Source: Tubiluchus corallicola
Lineage: Eukaryota; Animalia; Priapulida
Direction: 5' to 3'
Length of the DNA: 64,000 nt
Assembly (NCBI GenBank): GCA_030141605.1
Contig: JAQGDQ010000612.1
Span: 64,464 to 128,463, forward strand
Part shown: positions 63,088 through 64,000 of the stretch, one piece after another
Numbering within the stretch: position 1 is the stretch's first letter
Layout of the letters: each line of letters begins with the position of its first letter
Translations under genes and position numbers: made by a program
The notes under the pieces: generated by a model
Database searches by the model: none
Seen by the model: the letters and a program-made list of their open reading frames with translations, nothing else
What the model was told of the DNA's origin: nothing

Positions 63088-64000
63088 CACATTCCACTGC
63101 CGCACATTCTGCACACATGTATACAAACTTACAACCAAGCTATTCCACTGCCTCACATTCCACACATGTGTGTACAAGTTCATAACGAAGCTATTCCACT
63201 GCCTCACATTCCACACACGTGTACAAGTTCATAACCAAGCTATTCCACTGCCGCACATTCCGCACGCATGTATACAAACTTATAACCAAGGTATTCCACT
63301 GCCTCACATTCCACACATGTATGCAAGTTCATAACCAAGCTATTCCACTGCTGCACATTCCGCACACATGTGTACAAGTTCGTAACCAAGCTATTCCACT
63401 GCCGCACATTCCGCACACATGTGTACAAGTTCATAACCAAGCTATTCCACTGCTGCACATTCCGCATGCATGTATACAAACTTATAACCAAGGTATTCCA
63501 CTGCCTCACATTCCACACATGTGTACAAGTTCATAACCAAACTATTCCACTGCTGCACATTCTGCACACATGTGTACAAGTTCATAACCAAGCTATTCCA
63601 CTGCTGCACATTCCGCACACATGTGTACAAGTTCATAACCAAGCTATTCCACTGCTGCACACTCCGCACGCATGTATACAAACCTATAACCAAGCTATTC
63701 CACTGCCTCACATTCCACACATGTGTGTACAAGTTCATAACGAAGCTATTCCACTGCTTCACATTCCACACACGTGTACAAGTTCATAACCAAGCTATTC
63801 CACTGCCGCACATTCCGCACGCATGTATACAAACTTATAACCAAGGTATTCCACTGCCTCACATTCCACACATGTGTGTACAAGTTCATAACGAAGCTAT
63901 TCCACTGCTTCACATTCCACACACGTGTACAAGTTCATAACCAAGCTATTCCACTGCCGCACATTCCGCACGCATGTATACAAACTTATAACCAAGGTAT
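63088..64000. repeat. 49-51-bp minisatellite in a ClC intron, runs off the window end
   Basis: ATTCCACTGCCGCACATTCCGCACACATGTGTACAAGTTCATAACCAAGCT and variants, with a ~151-bp trimeric higher-order pattern near the end. Confidence 0.95.

Noticed and set aside
63022-63940. Cys/His-periodic ORFs resembling zinc-finger arrays
   Set aside because: Translations of a 49-51-bp minisatellite with frequent frame changes; no C2H2 spacing or TGEKP linkers.

Overview
AT-rich, intron-rich eukaryotic genomic DNA from an invertebrate animal (probably a protostome), not a prokaryote. Gene models were assembled by hand from splice sites and translation. In order: (1) the 3' ~85% of a cohesin regulator PDS5 gene (+ strand, 28 exons, 3..30508); (2) a solitary, intronless, replication-dependent histone H1 gene with an H1 box, TATA box and 3' stem-loop (36902..37468); (3) an unrecognised 442-aa disordered ORF with LC8-type TQT motifs and an NLS (42392..43720), convergent with (4) ribosomal protein RpL31 (- strand, with a 5'TOP leader exon); (5) the 3' half of a ClC-2/ClC-a chloride channel gene (- strand, 50594..62538, continuing off-window). 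Introns hold many non-autonomous DNA transposons with readable TIRs/TSDs (hAT, Tigger/pogo-like, Kolobok-like) and many minisatellites. Most notable: a TSD-flanked, internally deleted RTE retroposon carrying a degenerate twister ribozyme in a PDS5 intron; a PDS5 exon plus its donor site amplified into a 4-copy tandem array; inverted transposon copies bracketing two PDS5 exons (circRNA candidate); a possible alternative terminal exon removing CBS2 from the ClC channel; a 29-bp micro-transposon. I cannot confirm a wholly new biological system from sequence alone. Most short ORFs in the supplied track are exon fragments or repeat artefacts.
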